The notes beneath the pieces were generated by a model. It saw nothing but the letters and a program-made list of their open reading frames with translations, did no database searches and was not told the origin of the DNA. Source: an uncultured Bacteroidales bacterium (GTDB lineage: Bacteria > Bacteroidota > Bacteroidia > Bacteroidales > UBA4417). Taken from it: a stretch of DNA of 64,000 bases. Of this stretch, positions 9,855 through 20,557 are shown in pieces. Within the stretch, counting starts at the first letter, position 1. Each line of letters starts with the position of its first letter. The position numbers and the translations under genes were made by a program. Where the stretch lies: assembly GCA_903879715.1 (NCBI GenBank), contig CAIRMR010000016.1:3115-67114 (forward strand), read 5' to 3'.

Positions 9855-11543
9855 ATGCAGTTCAAAACAGGGGAATGGCCTCCGCGATATACAACCTTGT
9901 ACTTTGTATCGCTGGCGCTGCTTATAGCGTCATTACCCTTGTCAAGGTTTACGATGAGTCTGTTTCAGTTCAGCACTTTGCTTTTCTGGCTCTGGCATGG
10001 TGTAAATACAGAATTTCTTAAGAAATATTCCTCCCTTAACCTTTTCAATCCTGCCAACCTGATCAGGTTTCTGAATGATGTTTTCAAAAACATATTCAAT
10101 GCCCTGGTTCAAAAATTTCTTGAATTTTTCAGGAATAAACCTGCAATCACTATCGCTTCCCTTTTCTTTTTACATGTAATAGGCCTTATTTATACAAGCG
10201 ATTATGAATATGCCTGGAATGACCTTCGAACAAAACTTCCGCTTTTCACACTTCCGCTTTTTATTGCCACAGGACCACGAATAAGCACTCGTTTGTTTTA
10301 CAGGATGCTAGCCATTTTTGTACTGGCTGTGATTGCCGGCAGCATTTACAGGCTCATACTTTTCCTGAATCTTCCTGTGGCCGACAGCCGTGATTTATCA
10401 GCTCACATTTCGCATATCCGCTATAGCCTGAATGCTGTATTTGCTATCTTCATACTGCTTTACTTCGTCTATAAAAAAAAATCATCGGATTCAGGCATCA
10501 CTGTCGTATTGCTGATAGGAGCTATCTGGCTTATTTATTTCATAACTTACATGAATTATACTACCGGCATGCTGATATTTATCATAACTGGTGTGTTGCT
10601 GCTCCCGGTTCTTACATTCAGAAGCAAAGGTTTTTGGCCCAAAACTGCCATGCTCCTAAGTATGGGAATTTTAATCATCCTGCCAATCTTATATGTTCTT
10701 TCGGTTGGTTACAAATATGTAAATATACCGGCAGTTGATTTTTCACAACTGGATAGATATACACCGCATGGCAATTCGTATTACCATGATACTGTAAATT
10801 TTAAATCAAGAAATGGGAAATGGACCGGGCTCTATATATGTGATAAAGAGTTAAGGCAGGAATGGGCCAAACGAAGCAGGCTTTCGCTGGAGGATTACAA
10901 TGAAAAGCGCCAGATAAACAGATATACTTTAATAAAATACCTGGCCTCGAAAGAGTTGAGAAAAGATGCAGACGGGATGGACCAGTTGGGAGATTCCGAT
11001 ATCAGGAATATAGAAAAAGGGATTGACAGGTACAATTACACCAGGTTACCCGGTTTCAGAAGCCAGGTGGAAGACTTTATCAACAGCTATCAGCGATATG
11101 TTGAGCACCAGGATCCTAATTCAGGTTCAATGGTTCAACGCTTTGAATACTGGCGAACTTCGCTGCTGCTGATAAGACAAAATCCGGTTTTTGGAGTCGG
11201 GACAGGGGATGTGCCACATGCCTTTACAGAGCAATATCAAAAAATGAATACCAACCTGGCAGAGCAATACCGTGGGCGATCTCATAATCAATATCTTTCA
11301 GTTACTGTAGCCTTTGGAATACTTGGGCTTATTTGGTTTATGGCAGTTATGTTTTATCCCGGAATCAGGACCAGAAATTTCAACAACTATTTTTATGTCA
11401 TATTTTGGCTTATACTAATGTTATCAATGCTGACTGAGAATACCATAGAAAAACAGGAAGGTGTTACTTTTTACATTGTATTCACCTCACTTATGATTTT
11501 GGGCAGGGAGAACAAAGAATCCTCTGAATCCCTATTCGCCTGA
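9855..11543 (+). CDS. O-antigen ligase (Wzy_C) family membrane protein
   Basis: Many TMs; RFEYW...NPVFGVGTGD...HNQYL...GILGL. Confidence 0.85.
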   Translation: MQFKTGEWPPRYTTLYFVSLALLIASLPLSRFTMSLFQFSTLLFWLWHGVNTEFLKKYSSLNLFNPANLIRFLNDVFKNIFNALVQKFLEFFRNKPAITIASLFFLHVIGLIYTSDYEYAWNDLRTKLPLFTLPLFIATGPRISTRLFYRMLAIFVLAVIAGSIYRLILFLNLPVADSRDLSAHISHIRYSLNAVFAIFILLYFVYKKKSSDSGITVVLLIGAIWLIYFITYMNYTTGMLIFIITGVLLLPVLTFRSKGFWPKTAMLLSMGILIILPILYVLSVGYKYVNIPAVDFSQLDRYTPHGNSYYHDTVNFKSRNGKWTGLYICDKELRQEWAKRSRLSLEDYNEKRQINRYTLIKYLASKELRKDADGMDQLGDSDIRNIEKGIDRYNYTRLPGFRSQVEDFINSYQRYVEHQDPNSGSMVQRFEYWRTSLLLIRQNPVFGVGTGDVPHAFTEQYQKMNTNLAEQYRGRSHNQYLSVTVAFGILGLIWFMAVMFYPGIRTRNFNNYFYVIFWLILMLSMLTENTIEKQEGVTFYIVFTSLMILGRENKESSESLFA

Positions 11544-11681
11544 TTTACAAAGTCTTAAATTTTATGGCTCAGTATTTCCAGATAAATCCTTATTTTGAAA
11601 TACTAATTCAAGACATTTTAAACGGAATTCCACAAAAAACTTATAATTTTAAAGTACATTTATACCCTATTTTATCATCCT

Positions 11682-12170
11682 ATGACTAAACATACTTTAA
11701 CTGTTGCATACACCGAAGTTTCTCAGCAGTCACAACTTGAAGATCAGGACAGTAATCTACTGAAAGAAGCCTGGGTTGCCTGCGATTCAGCGTATGCACC
11801 TTATTCACAATTCCATGTTGGTGCCGCTGTTCGATTGGCCAATGATTTAATTTTCAAAGGAAACAACCAGGAAAATGCCGCGTATCCTTCGGGAATATGC
11901 GCCGAAAGGGTTGCCGTTTTTTCTGCTTCAGCCACATATCCGGGTGTTGGGATCACAACCATTGCCGTAGTTGCTAAAACTAAAATATTCAACCTTTCAA
12001 ATCCGGTAACCCCTTGCGGCGCTTGCAGGCAGGTGATGGCAGAATATGAAATGTTAGCAGGAAAGCCGATCAGGATCATTCTCCAGGGAAATTCGGAAAA
12101 AATATGGATCATTGACGGAATTGCAAACTTATTGCCGTTGATGTTTCATGGCGGGGATCTGAAGAAGTAG
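11682..12170 (+). CDS. cdd: Cytidine deaminase
   Basis: AYAPYSQFHVGAA, NQENAAYPSGICAER, PCGACRQ. Confidence 0.95.
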   Translation: MTKHTLTVAYTEVSQQSQLEDQDSNLLKEAWVACDSAYAPYSQFHVGAAVRLANDLIFKGNNQENAAYPSGICAERVAVFSASATYPGVGITTIAVVAKTKIFNLSNPVTPCGACRQVMAEYEMLAGKPIRIILQGNSEKIWIIDGIANLLPLMFHGGDLKK

Positions 12171-12293
12171 ATGGTTATTGGTTATTGATTAAAAGTTAAT
12201 AGTTAAATGGGGAAATGGTCCTTTGGTATCGTTATTCACTACTTGTCCGTAAATGGATAGAACCTGGAACCGAGACCCAAATCAAATATTTTA

Positions 12294-12337
12294 CCCTGAG
12301 CGACGGCGGCTGAGCGAAGCCGAAGCCAGCCGAAGGG
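12294..12337 (+). repeat. Nested REP-like palindrome
   Basis: ccctgagcga[cggcggctgagcgaagccgaagcca]gccgaaggg; related copy on the opposite strand at 54724-54770. Confidence 0.7.
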
Positions 12338-12396
12338 CAAGGGCACAAATCCCAGATCATATTCTTAAATCAGATCAAACAGAATCGCAAAATCCT

Positions 12397-13263
12397 ATGA
12401 AAAATTACCTACTTCTCAGTATTGCAATAATATCTTTACTCTCAATGAAAACTGACAAACCAGCTTACCGGCTGTTTGATCAGAACGGTAAAAATGCTTC
12501 CTACAAAGATTTGCTAAAAGAAGCATCAGAAGCTGATATTGTATTCTTTGGTGAATTACACGATAACCCGGTTTGCCATTGGCTTGAATATGAACTTACA
12601 GCAGATTTATTTGCCGCAAGAGGTAAAAACCTGGTTTTAGGAGCCGAAATGTTCGAATCCGACAACCAACTTATTGTTAATGAATACCTTGACGGTCTTA
12701 TAAAAGAGAAAGATTTTGAATCGCAGGCCCGTCTTTGGCCAAATTACAAAACCGATTACAAACGACTCCTTAATTTTGCCCGCGACAGCAGCCTGGCCTT
12801 TATTGCCACCAATATTCCGCGTCGTTATGCTGCTATGGTAAATAAGGGTGGATTTGACGCATTGAACACTCTTGATCAAAATGCGTACCCGTTTATAGCG
12901 CCTTTGCCTCTTAAGTATGATTCAACACTTTCCTGTTATGCCGATATGTATAAAATGATGGGCGATGCGCCAACTCATGCCACCCGGAATATTGCCTGTG
13001 CCCAGAATAGTAAGGACGCAACCATGGCATATTTCATTTTAAGGAATTTTGTTAAAGGCAATACTTTTCTTCATTTTAACGGTAGTTACCACAGCGACAA
13101 ATTCCAAAGTATTTTATGGCATCTGAAGCAGGCTGATCCTACACTTAAAATCGTAACAATTTCATCTGTTGAACAGGCGGATTTGGATGACCTAAAAAAA
13201 GAATCGGAAGGATTGGCGAATTTCATTATTGCAATCCCGGAAACGATGTCGAAAAGCCAGTAG
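12397..13263 (+). CDS. ChaN family (TIKI/EreA-like fold) exported protein
   Basis: DIVFFGELHDNP..HWLE, LGAEMFE, WPNYKTDY, ATNIPRRYA, KDATMA, HFNGSYHS; ATG 12397 starts a signal peptide. Confidence 0.88.
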   Translation: MKNYLLLSIAIISLLSMKTDKPAYRLFDQNGKNASYKDLLKEASEADIVFFGELHDNPVCHWLEYELTADLFAARGKNLVLGAEMFESDNQLIVNEYLDGLIKEKDFESQARLWPNYKTDYKRLLNFARDSSLAFIATNIPRRYAAMVNKGGFDALNTLDQNAYPFIAPLPLKYDSTLSCYADMYKMMGDAPTHATRNIACAQNSKDATMAYFILRNFVKGNTFLHFNGSYHSDKFQSILWHLKQADPTLKIVTISSVEQADLDDLKKESEGLANFIIAIPETMSKSQ

Positions 13264-13269
13264 CCAGAA

Positions 13270-13665
13270 CTATACAAATGTATACAAAAGGTTAATAAAG
13301 AAATTCCATACGGTAACTATTCCAATAGCAAACAATTTGGACATATAAAAATTCCGGTTGTGCCTGCTTACCAGGAACCAGATTACCATTGTATTCATTC
13401 CCAGGCCAATAACAGAGAAAAAGAGAAACCTGGAATATTCGATTGCCAGTTCCGGGTTGTTGCTGTGAAAGGTCCACCACCGATTTAAAAAATAGTTGCT
13501 TGTCGCGGCAAAAGTGAATCCTACTGCATTGGCTACATATTTTTGAATTTTGAGTTTTTCCTTACTCAGCCATGTAAATCCAAAATCAACCACCACGCCC
13601 GTAGCTCCAACCGCTCCGAACTTCATGAATTTAATTAAGATATCCTGGGTAAAATACTGCAACAT
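13270..13665 (-). CDS. GtrA family protein
   Basis: FMKFGAVGATGVVVDFG, ANAVGF, NYFLNRWWTF, WNFFINLLYTF; start uncertain. Confidence 0.9.
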   Translation of the reverse strand: MLQYFTQDILIKFMKFGAVGATGVVVDFGFTWLSKEKLKIQKYVANAVGFTFAATSNYFLNRWWTFHSNNPELAIEYSRFLFFSVIGLGMNTMVIWFLVSRHNRNFYMSKLFAIGIVTVWNFFINLLYTFV

Positions 13666-13793
13666 AGGCTGCGAAGATACATAAAAATACTCTCGGGATA
13701 AATTTAGCGACAAATTCCAATTATCCCACAGTTTGAGGTTTCTAATCTCAAAATCTAGCTCTAAGTCAAGGTTAAGAAAACAGATCAGAGAAA

Positions 13794-15578
13794 TCAGAAC
13801 TGAACAATCAATATCTGCTTTACTTCGTTCCTGATAATTTCGACACTTGCCACCTGTCCGGGTTTCAGTTTGCCGAGCCTGGCCATATAATCGTAAATAT
13901 TTGTAACAGGTTGACCTTCGATAGAAATAACCCGATCTCCTTTAATGATACCAGCTTTATCGGCCGGGCCGCCTTTACGCACGCCGTCAACTCTGAGCCC
14001 GTTATTATCATTGGATACCATATCAGGCACAATACCAAGCGTAACTTTCATATTCCTTCCGTAACGTGTGGCTTGTTTAGCGCCGGCTTCACGAAATGTC
14101 AACCTGTTTCCAGCTGAGACTTTTAATGCCAGGTCGTAAACCATATCCAAAACAGCAACTTCACCGGTATAATTGATTTTGTCGGCATCGTCGGCAGGTG
14201 TATGATAATCTTCGTGAGCGCCTGTGGTAAAATAAAATACAGGAATATTTTCACTGTAAAATGATGCATGATCGGAAGGACCATACCCATCAGCAGAATG
14301 AGTGATCTTATAAGGCCGGTTAACTTCCAGAATTTTAAGTAGTGAATCGGTTTCGACAGAAGTTCCTGTTCCGCCAATGCTGATGGTATTGCTTTCGGGA
14401 TTAAGCCTGCCTATCATATCCATATTGATCATGGCATTTACTCTTTTCAGATCAACAGGAGGTTTGTTAACAAATTCCTTTGATCCGAGTAATCCCATTT
14501 CTTCTCCTGTAAATGTAACAAAAATAAAACTACGCTTCAGTTTTGAATGGTTGGCCGAGAGTTTCTGAGCCAGCTCAATAACACCTGCAGTACCCGAAGC
14601 ATTATCATCTGCGCCATTATGCACAGCAAGTGTTTCAGGAGCACGTGAGCCGCTTCCTTCACCACCCATCCCAAGGTGATCGAAGTGAGCGCCTACGATA
14701 ACATATTCATTTTTAAGTACAGGATCAGTCCCTTCGAGAAAGCCTACAACATTCTGTGCTGTAACCCTTGTTTTTACAACATCAGCAGTGGCAGTTACCG
14801 TTGGTTCGAGGTAAATTGAAACCGGTTTATGATTTCCTTTTATTTCAGTTTCGAGTGAAGCAACAGAATAATTCATCGAAGAAAGCAGCTTATCGGCTAA
14901 TGCCCTTGTGATGCTGAACACAGGAATCCCTGCGTCGGAAGGTGATTTATCATACTGCATGTGCATAATGATATCAGATTTATCGATATCGGAGGGTGAA
15001 ATTAGCAATACTCCGGCGGCTCCTTTATCTTTAGCGGTGAGCACTTTGCTCCTTTCCTGTTCATAAGGGAGGAAAGCGCTGTTCGCTTTATCAGGTTCAG
15101 GGTCTCCACGGAGGATAACTGCCCATTTCCCTTTTACATCGATGCCTTTATAATCGCTCCATTTGAGAGAATCGAGATCCAGGTCAAATCCATATCCGGC
15201 AAAAACAACCGCAGCGGTATGAGTTGCCGATGATGAAAAGGATAGCGGTGTAAAATCAAGCCCTTGTTGCGCAGTGAAACCATCAAATGAAATTGAATTA
15301 TTGCTTCCAGCCTTTACATCTGCAACTATTTCGAACTTTTGAAACCCATTATCGAACATCAGCCTGAGACCAGCTTTTTTGAAACAATCACGTATATAAT
15401 CAGCTGTAACAGCATCTTCAGGAGTACCCGGTTTACGCCCTTTCAACGAGTCGGAAGCAAGGAAACCAATCTGTTTTTGCAGATCAGCAGTGGTTATTTC
15501 AGGGTTATACTGCGCAAATAATGCCTTTGAAGAAAATAGGATTACTAAAAGAAGTAATGAGCTGAGAATTCTTTTCAT
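13794..15578 (-). CDS. M28 family aminopeptidase with PA and PDZ domains
   Basis: LASDSLKGR, GAHFDHLG, NGADDNASG, GEEMGLLGS, NMDMIGRL, SDHASF, DYHTP; C-terminal PDZ. Confidence 0.93.
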   Translation of the reverse strand: MKRILSSLLLLVILFSSKALFAQYNPEITTADLQKQIGFLASDSLKGRKPGTPEDAVTADYIRDCFKKAGLRLMFDNGFQKFEIVADVKAGSNNSISFDGFTAQQGLDFTPLSFSSSATHTAAVVFAGYGFDLDLDSLKWSDYKGIDVKGKWAVILRGDPEPDKANSAFLPYEQERSKVLTAKDKGAAGVLLISPSDIDKSDIIMHMQYDKSPSDAGIPVFSITRALADKLLSSMNYSVASLETEIKGNHKPVSIYLEPTVTATADVVKTRVTAQNVVGFLEGTDPVLKNEYVIVGAHFDHLGMGGEGSGSRAPETLAVHNGADDNASGTAGVIELAQKLSANHSKLKRSFIFVTFTGEEMGLLGSKEFVNKPPVDLKRVNAMINMDMIGRLNPESNTISIGGTGTSVETDSLLKILEVNRPYKITHSADGYGPSDHASFYSENIPVFYFTTGAHEDYHTPADDADKINYTGEVAVLDMVYDLALKVSAGNRLTFREAGAKQATRYGRNMKVTLGIVPDMVSNDNNGLRVDGVRKGGPADKAGIIKGDRVISIEGQPVTNIYDYMARLGKLKPGQVASVEIIRNEVKQILIVQF

Positions 15579-15770
15579 TGTTGTTGTTTATGTTTTAAAA
15601 AAAGCAAACTTATTCAATTTTTATCAATTACAAAACTGATTTAAATTGCTTTAACTGGATTCTGGTTCAATTAATGTTTTAGCTCATTTAAGTTCAGATT
15701 CAAGTAAATCCTTTTTTGTTGCAGACTCGGTAATTGATCCTGAACAAACTAAATATTTACGTATTCTTTG

Positions 15771-16784
15771 CTATAACTTCTGATATTCAAAAGAAGGATA
15801 ACCCTTTTTAAGCCTGTTGTTCAGCAATTTATAAAAATCCTTAAAACGCAGCTTGTAAAGAAACCCTTTGGTATCGCGGATTACATAAATGATCTTTGAA
15901 TTTACTTTATACGTGCCATTATCAAAATTGTATATTTTCCAATCATAACCAATCTTATCAGCCTGTTTAGAGAAATTCATGGATTGTGCCTTTTCGAAGG
16001 TAATATCATCGTAGGCCGATAAAGAATCTACAGCGACTTCAACAGAAAATGGATTCAATAATACTCCCGTAACAAGGTAGGGATAAGGATCGCCGGCATC
16101 CGTATATAGTAATGTGGTATATTGGCTGAATAATAAATCCCAACTGTAATTTACAGGTTCTGAAAAGATTGTTGAAGGATTACTGATTGAGAAAAGCACA
16201 TGATTTACATCACTCAGTTTTACAATTGAGAAAGACTGTTGATTTGAGCCGTCATAGGCAGCCATCCGGAAATAATAAATGCCATGGCTGAGGCTATCTA
16301 CAACCAACTGCTTGAATCCCCGTGGATTGCCTTTCGTATCAACCCCGCGATCAATCAGTAAAACCCGGTTTATGCCAAGAGTGTCAGTACCATTAGCGGT
16401 ATACCATTTGCCAATCGCCACTGAATCGGAACTACCGTCGGAAGGATTAAACAACCATTTAGCTCCTGTGGTATCCGAAGGCATACCAAAAACCTGTCCG
16501 CTCAGGTAAGCAGATTTCATAAAACAACTGGTATTCAATATTACCCGCCATCCTTCAGGTGAGCTTTCAAAACCCAGGTCCCAGGTGCTCCTGATATTTG
16601 AAGCTGACACGCTACTATCGTGCAGGTTATAATAAATCTGGTACTGGTAGGAATCAGTTAAAGCAACTGTATCAGTAATATAATTGCCAGGTACATGGGG
16701 AATAATCAATTCGTCCTCTTTAAAACAGGAAGAAATCAGCACTGTCATTGACACTATCAGTAAGCTGAGAAGTAGTCGTATCAT
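15771..16784 (-). CDS. HmuY family lipoprotein (heme-binding-like)
   Basis: Lipobox ISSC; WDLGF and WDLLF repeats, IGYDWK, YVIRDTKG.LYKLRFKDFY, GYPSFEYQ; overlaps the receptor stop. Confidence 0.8.
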   Translation of the reverse strand: MIRLLLSLLIVSMTVLISSCFKEDELIIPHVPGNYITDTVALTDSYQYQIYYNLHDSSVSASNIRSTWDLGFESSPEGWRVILNTSCFMKSAYLSGQVFGMPSDTTGAKWLFNPSDGSSDSVAIGKWYTANGTDTLGINRVLLIDRGVDTKGNPRGFKQLVVDSLSHGIYYFRMAAYDGSNQQSFSIVKLSDVNHVLFSISNPSTIFSEPVNYSWDLLFSQYTTLLYTDAGDPYPYLVTGVLLNPFSVEVAVDSLSAYDDITFEKAQSMNFSKQADKIGYDWKIYNFDNGTYKVNSKIIYVIRDTKGFLYKLRFKDFYKLLNNRLKKGYPSFEYQKL

Positions 16785-19030
16785 TATAATTTCTTAAAAT
16801 TATAGGTAAGTTTAACAAAAGCTGTACGTCCCCAGGCTACTCTTGAGGCTCCGTCACCACCTCCGCTATGAGCACCACTGTTAACTATTGAAGCACTAAC
16901 ATCTCTGACATCCAGGAGATTTTTACCTCCGGCAGTTACTGAAAACATATTTTGCATAAAGCTTTTCATTACACTGATGTCGAGGTTGGAATAACCGTCA
17001 ACATATTGATTGTCGAAAGTGCCATCGGGAGTTAATAACGGGAAACGACCGGTGTATTTATAATTTGCAGTTACCGAAGCATTTAACTTTTCAAGGCTAT
17101 AGGTAAGCATTGCGTTTAAATCAGTACTGTAGTGGAATTGTTTATCGGTTTGAGCTGCGGTATTATCCGGGAATTTACGGCCAACATGTGAAATACCGGC
17201 CTTTAAAGTCAGCTTCGGATAATAACTGACAGTAGCATTTGCCTGGATACCCTGCGAAATAAACTTTGAAATATTCCCATAGGTGTATGTTGTAATATCA
17301 TTGCCGACCTGGAACAACCATATCATATTGTCAACATAATTATAAAACAATCCAAGGTCTGTACTCAGGTAAGCCTTTTTCGTTTCCCGGTTATAACTGA
17401 AGTTCAGGTTAACATTATGCGATGATTCAGCCTTCAGGTCTGGATTGCCGTGCAGATTATGATTGATATCCACAAAATCGAGGTAAAGCTCCTTAATGGA
17501 TGGTGACCTGAATCCACGTGCATAGGTTGCTCTTACAGAAGTGTTTTCAGTAGCTCCATACTTTACATTTAAAGAATAAACTAAAGGAGCTCTGTATTTG
17601 GTGTTATAAGTATAACGTGCACCGGGTTGTATGGTGATTTTCTTTATCGGATCGTATTTCATACTTACAAAACCGGCATAATCGCCAATTTGCTGTGAGC
17701 TACCATAAATGCGCTGCCCTGAACTTGTTTCCAGGTTACCATCAAAACCAGCCTGGTAGTTTAATTTCTGTTCCGGATAATTACGGTTGTACCAGGCCCT
17801 TAGCAGATAACTTCCCACAAAAGTTGTATCACCACCCGCCAGTTGTTTTTCAGGAATGGTTAGATCATTATAATATACCTCCCGGTTACGGTTGTAGGAG
17901 GAATAAGCTCCTACCAGGCTGATCTGCCTTTTCGTGGAGATTGTATATGAAGATTCAACTTTTGAAGTCTGGCGTATAGTATGGTATGAGTTATCGATTG
18001 CCGTTTCGAAATATGGGGTGCGCAAATCGCCTTTATCCTGGATGGTTTCGTCGAAATACTGAATGGATAATTTTAACCTGGTTTTCGTTCCGGAATACAG
18101 GTAATAAGCATCTCCGTTATACTGCAACCGTGGTTTCCATTGCATCGATCGTAAGGTATCATTGGTAGTATAACCAGCAAAGAAATTCCGGGAAAGGTCG
18201 AGTGAAAAGTTGTGATTCTTTTTTCGTACCGCACTTCCTGCGTTAAAATTGTAGACTCCGACAGATTCCCAATATGCATTGGCAAATGCAGAAAGTGATG
18301 AACTTTTATTTTCCTTTGTGATAATATTAACCACACCTGCAATGGCATTGCTTCCATAAATAACTGACATCGGACCTTCAATGATTTCAACATGGTCAAC
18401 ATTATAAAGGTTCAACTGGTTAAGATCAATATTCCCGTTTATGCGGCCAACCACAGGTACTCCGTCGACAAGGAATTTAACATTTTCGCCGGAAAGTCCC
18501 TGGAGACTTAAACTTGTACCCAGAACTCCGCCTTGTGAAATCCGCATATTACTTTCAGAGCTCAGAAGGTCAGTGAGATTGGTAGCGGCTTTACGTTCAA
18601 TTTGCCGGCTATTAATAACGTTGATTTTATAGATTGATTTATCTGCTTTCTCGGGTTGAAACTGACCTGTTATTACGACCTCACTCATATTTAAAACAGC
18701 CGGTATCAGGAATAAAGTTGTTGTAATACCAGGTTGAATAGTATCAACCAAGGTCTCATAGCCAACAAACGAGATAGTTATTTTAGCCACTTCCTTTAAT
18801 TCATTGGGAACAGTACCCTTCATATCAGAAACATATTGTTTTTTAGCTGCCGTCTTTAACCCTTCGACGGTGACACTTGCGTAAGGCACTGGTTCTTTGG
18901 ATTTGGCATCAATAATTTTGACGGTGGCCTGCTGACCGAAGATCTGACCTCCGAGCAGCAGCAACACCATCAACCCTGATAATCTGGAAAACAAACTTTT
19001 CAACATTACTTTCATTCTATTATTACGCAT
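16784..19030 (-). CDS. TonB-dependent receptor (HmuR/CirA-like)
   Basis: N-terminal CarboxypepD-like domain, EVVITG, plug LVDGVPV...IEIIEGPMSVIYGSNAIAGVVNIIT, ARGFRSPSIKELY, GNPDLKAE, NLLD. Confidence 0.93.
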   Translation of the reverse strand: MRNNRMKVMLKSLFSRLSGLMVLLLLGGQIFGQQATVKIIDAKSKEPVPYASVTVEGLKTAAKKQYVSDMKGTVPNELKEVAKITISFVGYETLVDTIQPGITTTLFLIPAVLNMSEVVITGQFQPEKADKSIYKINVINSRQIERKAATNLTDLLSSESNMRISQGGVLGTSLSLQGLSGENVKFLVDGVPVVGRINGNIDLNQLNLYNVDHVEIIEGPMSVIYGSNAIAGVVNIITKENKSSSLSAFANAYWESVGVYNFNAGSAVRKKNHNFSLDLSRNFFAGYTTNDTLRSMQWKPRLQYNGDAYYLYSGTKTRLKLSIQYFDETIQDKGDLRTPYFETAIDNSYHTIRQTSKVESSYTISTKRQISLVGAYSSYNRNREVYYNDLTIPEKQLAGGDTTFVGSYLLRAWYNRNYPEQKLNYQAGFDGNLETSSGQRIYGSSQQIGDYAGFVSMKYDPIKKITIQPGARYTYNTKYRAPLVYSLNVKYGATENTSVRATYARGFRSPSIKELYLDFVDINHNLHGNPDLKAESSHNVNLNFSYNRETKKAYLSTDLGLFYNYVDNMIWLFQVGNDITTYTYGNISKFISQGIQANATVSYYPKLTLKAGISHVGRKFPDNTAAQTDKQFHYSTDLNAMLTYSLEKLNASVTANYKYTGRFPLLTPDGTFDNQYVDGYSNLDISVMKSFMQNMFSVTAGGKNLLDVRDVSASIVNSGAHSGGGDGASRVAWGRTAFVKLTYNFKKL

Positions 19031-19282
19031 TAGTAAACACCTATGTTGTTTGAGAAATTAATGCGGTAAACAGCCGGCCTTAGAAAATCTTTTGGCTGGC
19101 AGCTTTACCATTAGCCCTACTAATCTATTAAACAAAACATCCAACATTGAGTATTTACATATCTTGAGATGAGCGGATTTGCTATTGGGTATAAAGTTTT
19201 TAATGTCAAACCACCAACCGGAGATATTCATTCCGGCCGGCCGTATTTCCATCAATACTATACATAAACAAAACCCTCAACA

Positions 19283-20557
19283 TTAATTATTTACTACTAC
19301 TTTACGGGCAATAACATTCCCACCCGACTGAATTTTAACCATGTAGATTCCTGAAGGAAGTTCTGAAACAGGAAGCTGTAATGAAGCAAGTTCTTCCGAT
19401 TGCATATCGAACCGTTGACTTAAAACGATATGGCCTGAAATATTGATTACCGAAACCAATGCAAACGTTGCTTTCCCTGGATTGATCACAAGATTCATTA
19501 CATCCCTTACAGGATTAGGATAAACTGTAGCATTGAAACCTGATTTTACAACTTCGTTAACACCCGTGAATGAGTTCATTCCTGTTTCGAAAACAATGCG
19601 GCCTGTTGAACTTCCATCAAAATTGGTGAATACAAGTTTATAGATTTTACCTGCTCTGTCCTGAATAAAATAAGCCGTTGTATTGGTAACTGTGTATGTA
19701 AAAGTTTCATTGCTGAAAGGTTTCCAATCCCAGCCTATTGGTGAACGTGTCGAATCCATTACCTGTGCTTCGAGCATCAGGAAATCAGGTGCTACAAGCT
19801 CAAATTCCTTTACCTTAACTTTGTAATTACTGAGAACACCTGTTACCGGGTATTGCGTTCCATCGGGGTAAGTGTATACATATTTTGTAAAAAGGATATC
19901 CCAATTTGCGGCAGGAACTGGTTCAAAATCAATTATTACATTTGTAGCGAGTGAATAACCAACAAAGTTCTTGGTAGCATACGGATTACAATCAAGCTGA
20001 ATAGTATTCTCTCCGGTATTGTCAAGTTTTGCGAAACGAAATTCGAAAATGTTATCGGTAGAATATTTTTCCATAATCCACAGTTTACGCAGGCTTCCGT
20101 CACGTAATTTGATGACGAACAATGAATCACCTACAACATTGTGTGTGAAGCCATTATAAATACCCCATCCATAATCCGGATAAGCTTTTTGATTTTGGCA
20201 AAAAGCCCCTGTTTCCCAATCTGTTGTGGAATTAACCATTTTTTTCCAATTTTTAATTCCACTGGTATCAACTGTAGCCCATCCATTAGTATCAGATTTC
20301 GGATAGGTATACAATTCAACAGCGGAGCCATCATTGGTTAGAATGCTTGCGCTCCTTCTGTTTGCACGGAAGGCTACATCCCATAAAGAACGGTTAACAT
20401 TACCCATTTCCCCTGCAGACATGCTGTAGTAAACTTCATTAACGTAACCTTTACCCATTAAAACGGTGTTTGTTACAGTTGTTTGACCCTTTGCAGTAAA
20501 AATGCCTGCAAAAGTGATTGCTAGTAATGCAATAAGAGTGTAAAATTTAGTTTTCAT
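19283..20557 (-). CDS. T9SS type A sorting domain protein with HmuY-like domains
   Basis: Signal peptide from ATG 20557; WDVAF/WDILFTKY, YPVTGVL, IGWDWK, IYKLVF shared with the downstream HmuY; C-terminal VYPNPV...LPSGIYMVKI...RKVVV. Confidence 0.85.
   Translation of the reverse strand: MKTKFYTLIALLAITFAGIFTAKGQTTVTNTVLMGKGYVNEVYYSMSAGEMGNVNRSLWDVAFRANRRSASILTNDGSAVELYTYPKSDTNGWATVDTSGIKNWKKMVNSTTDWETGAFCQNQKAYPDYGWGIYNGFTHNVVGDSLFVIKLRDGSLRKLWIMEKYSTDNIFEFRFAKLDNTGENTIQLDCNPYATKNFVGYSLATNVIIDFEPVPAANWDILFTKYVYTYPDGTQYPVTGVLSNYKVKVKEFELVAPDFLMLEAQVMDSTRSPIGWDWKPFSNETFTYTVTNTTAYFIQDRAGKIYKLVFTNFDGSSTGRIVFETGMNSFTGVNEVVKSGFNATVYPNPVRDVMNLVINPGKATFALVSVINISGHIVLSQRFDMQSEELASLQLPVSELPSGIYMVKIQSGGNVIARKVVVNN

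Noticed and set aside
12253-12396. N-terminal extension of the ChaN-like ORF
   Set aside because: It reads through a REP-like palindrome; the signal peptide begins at ATG 12397
19058-19255. 65-aa ORF as a second leader peptide
   Set aside because: No arrest motif or signal segment, non-ATG start; the region is better explained by an intercistronic hairpin (about 19065-19109)
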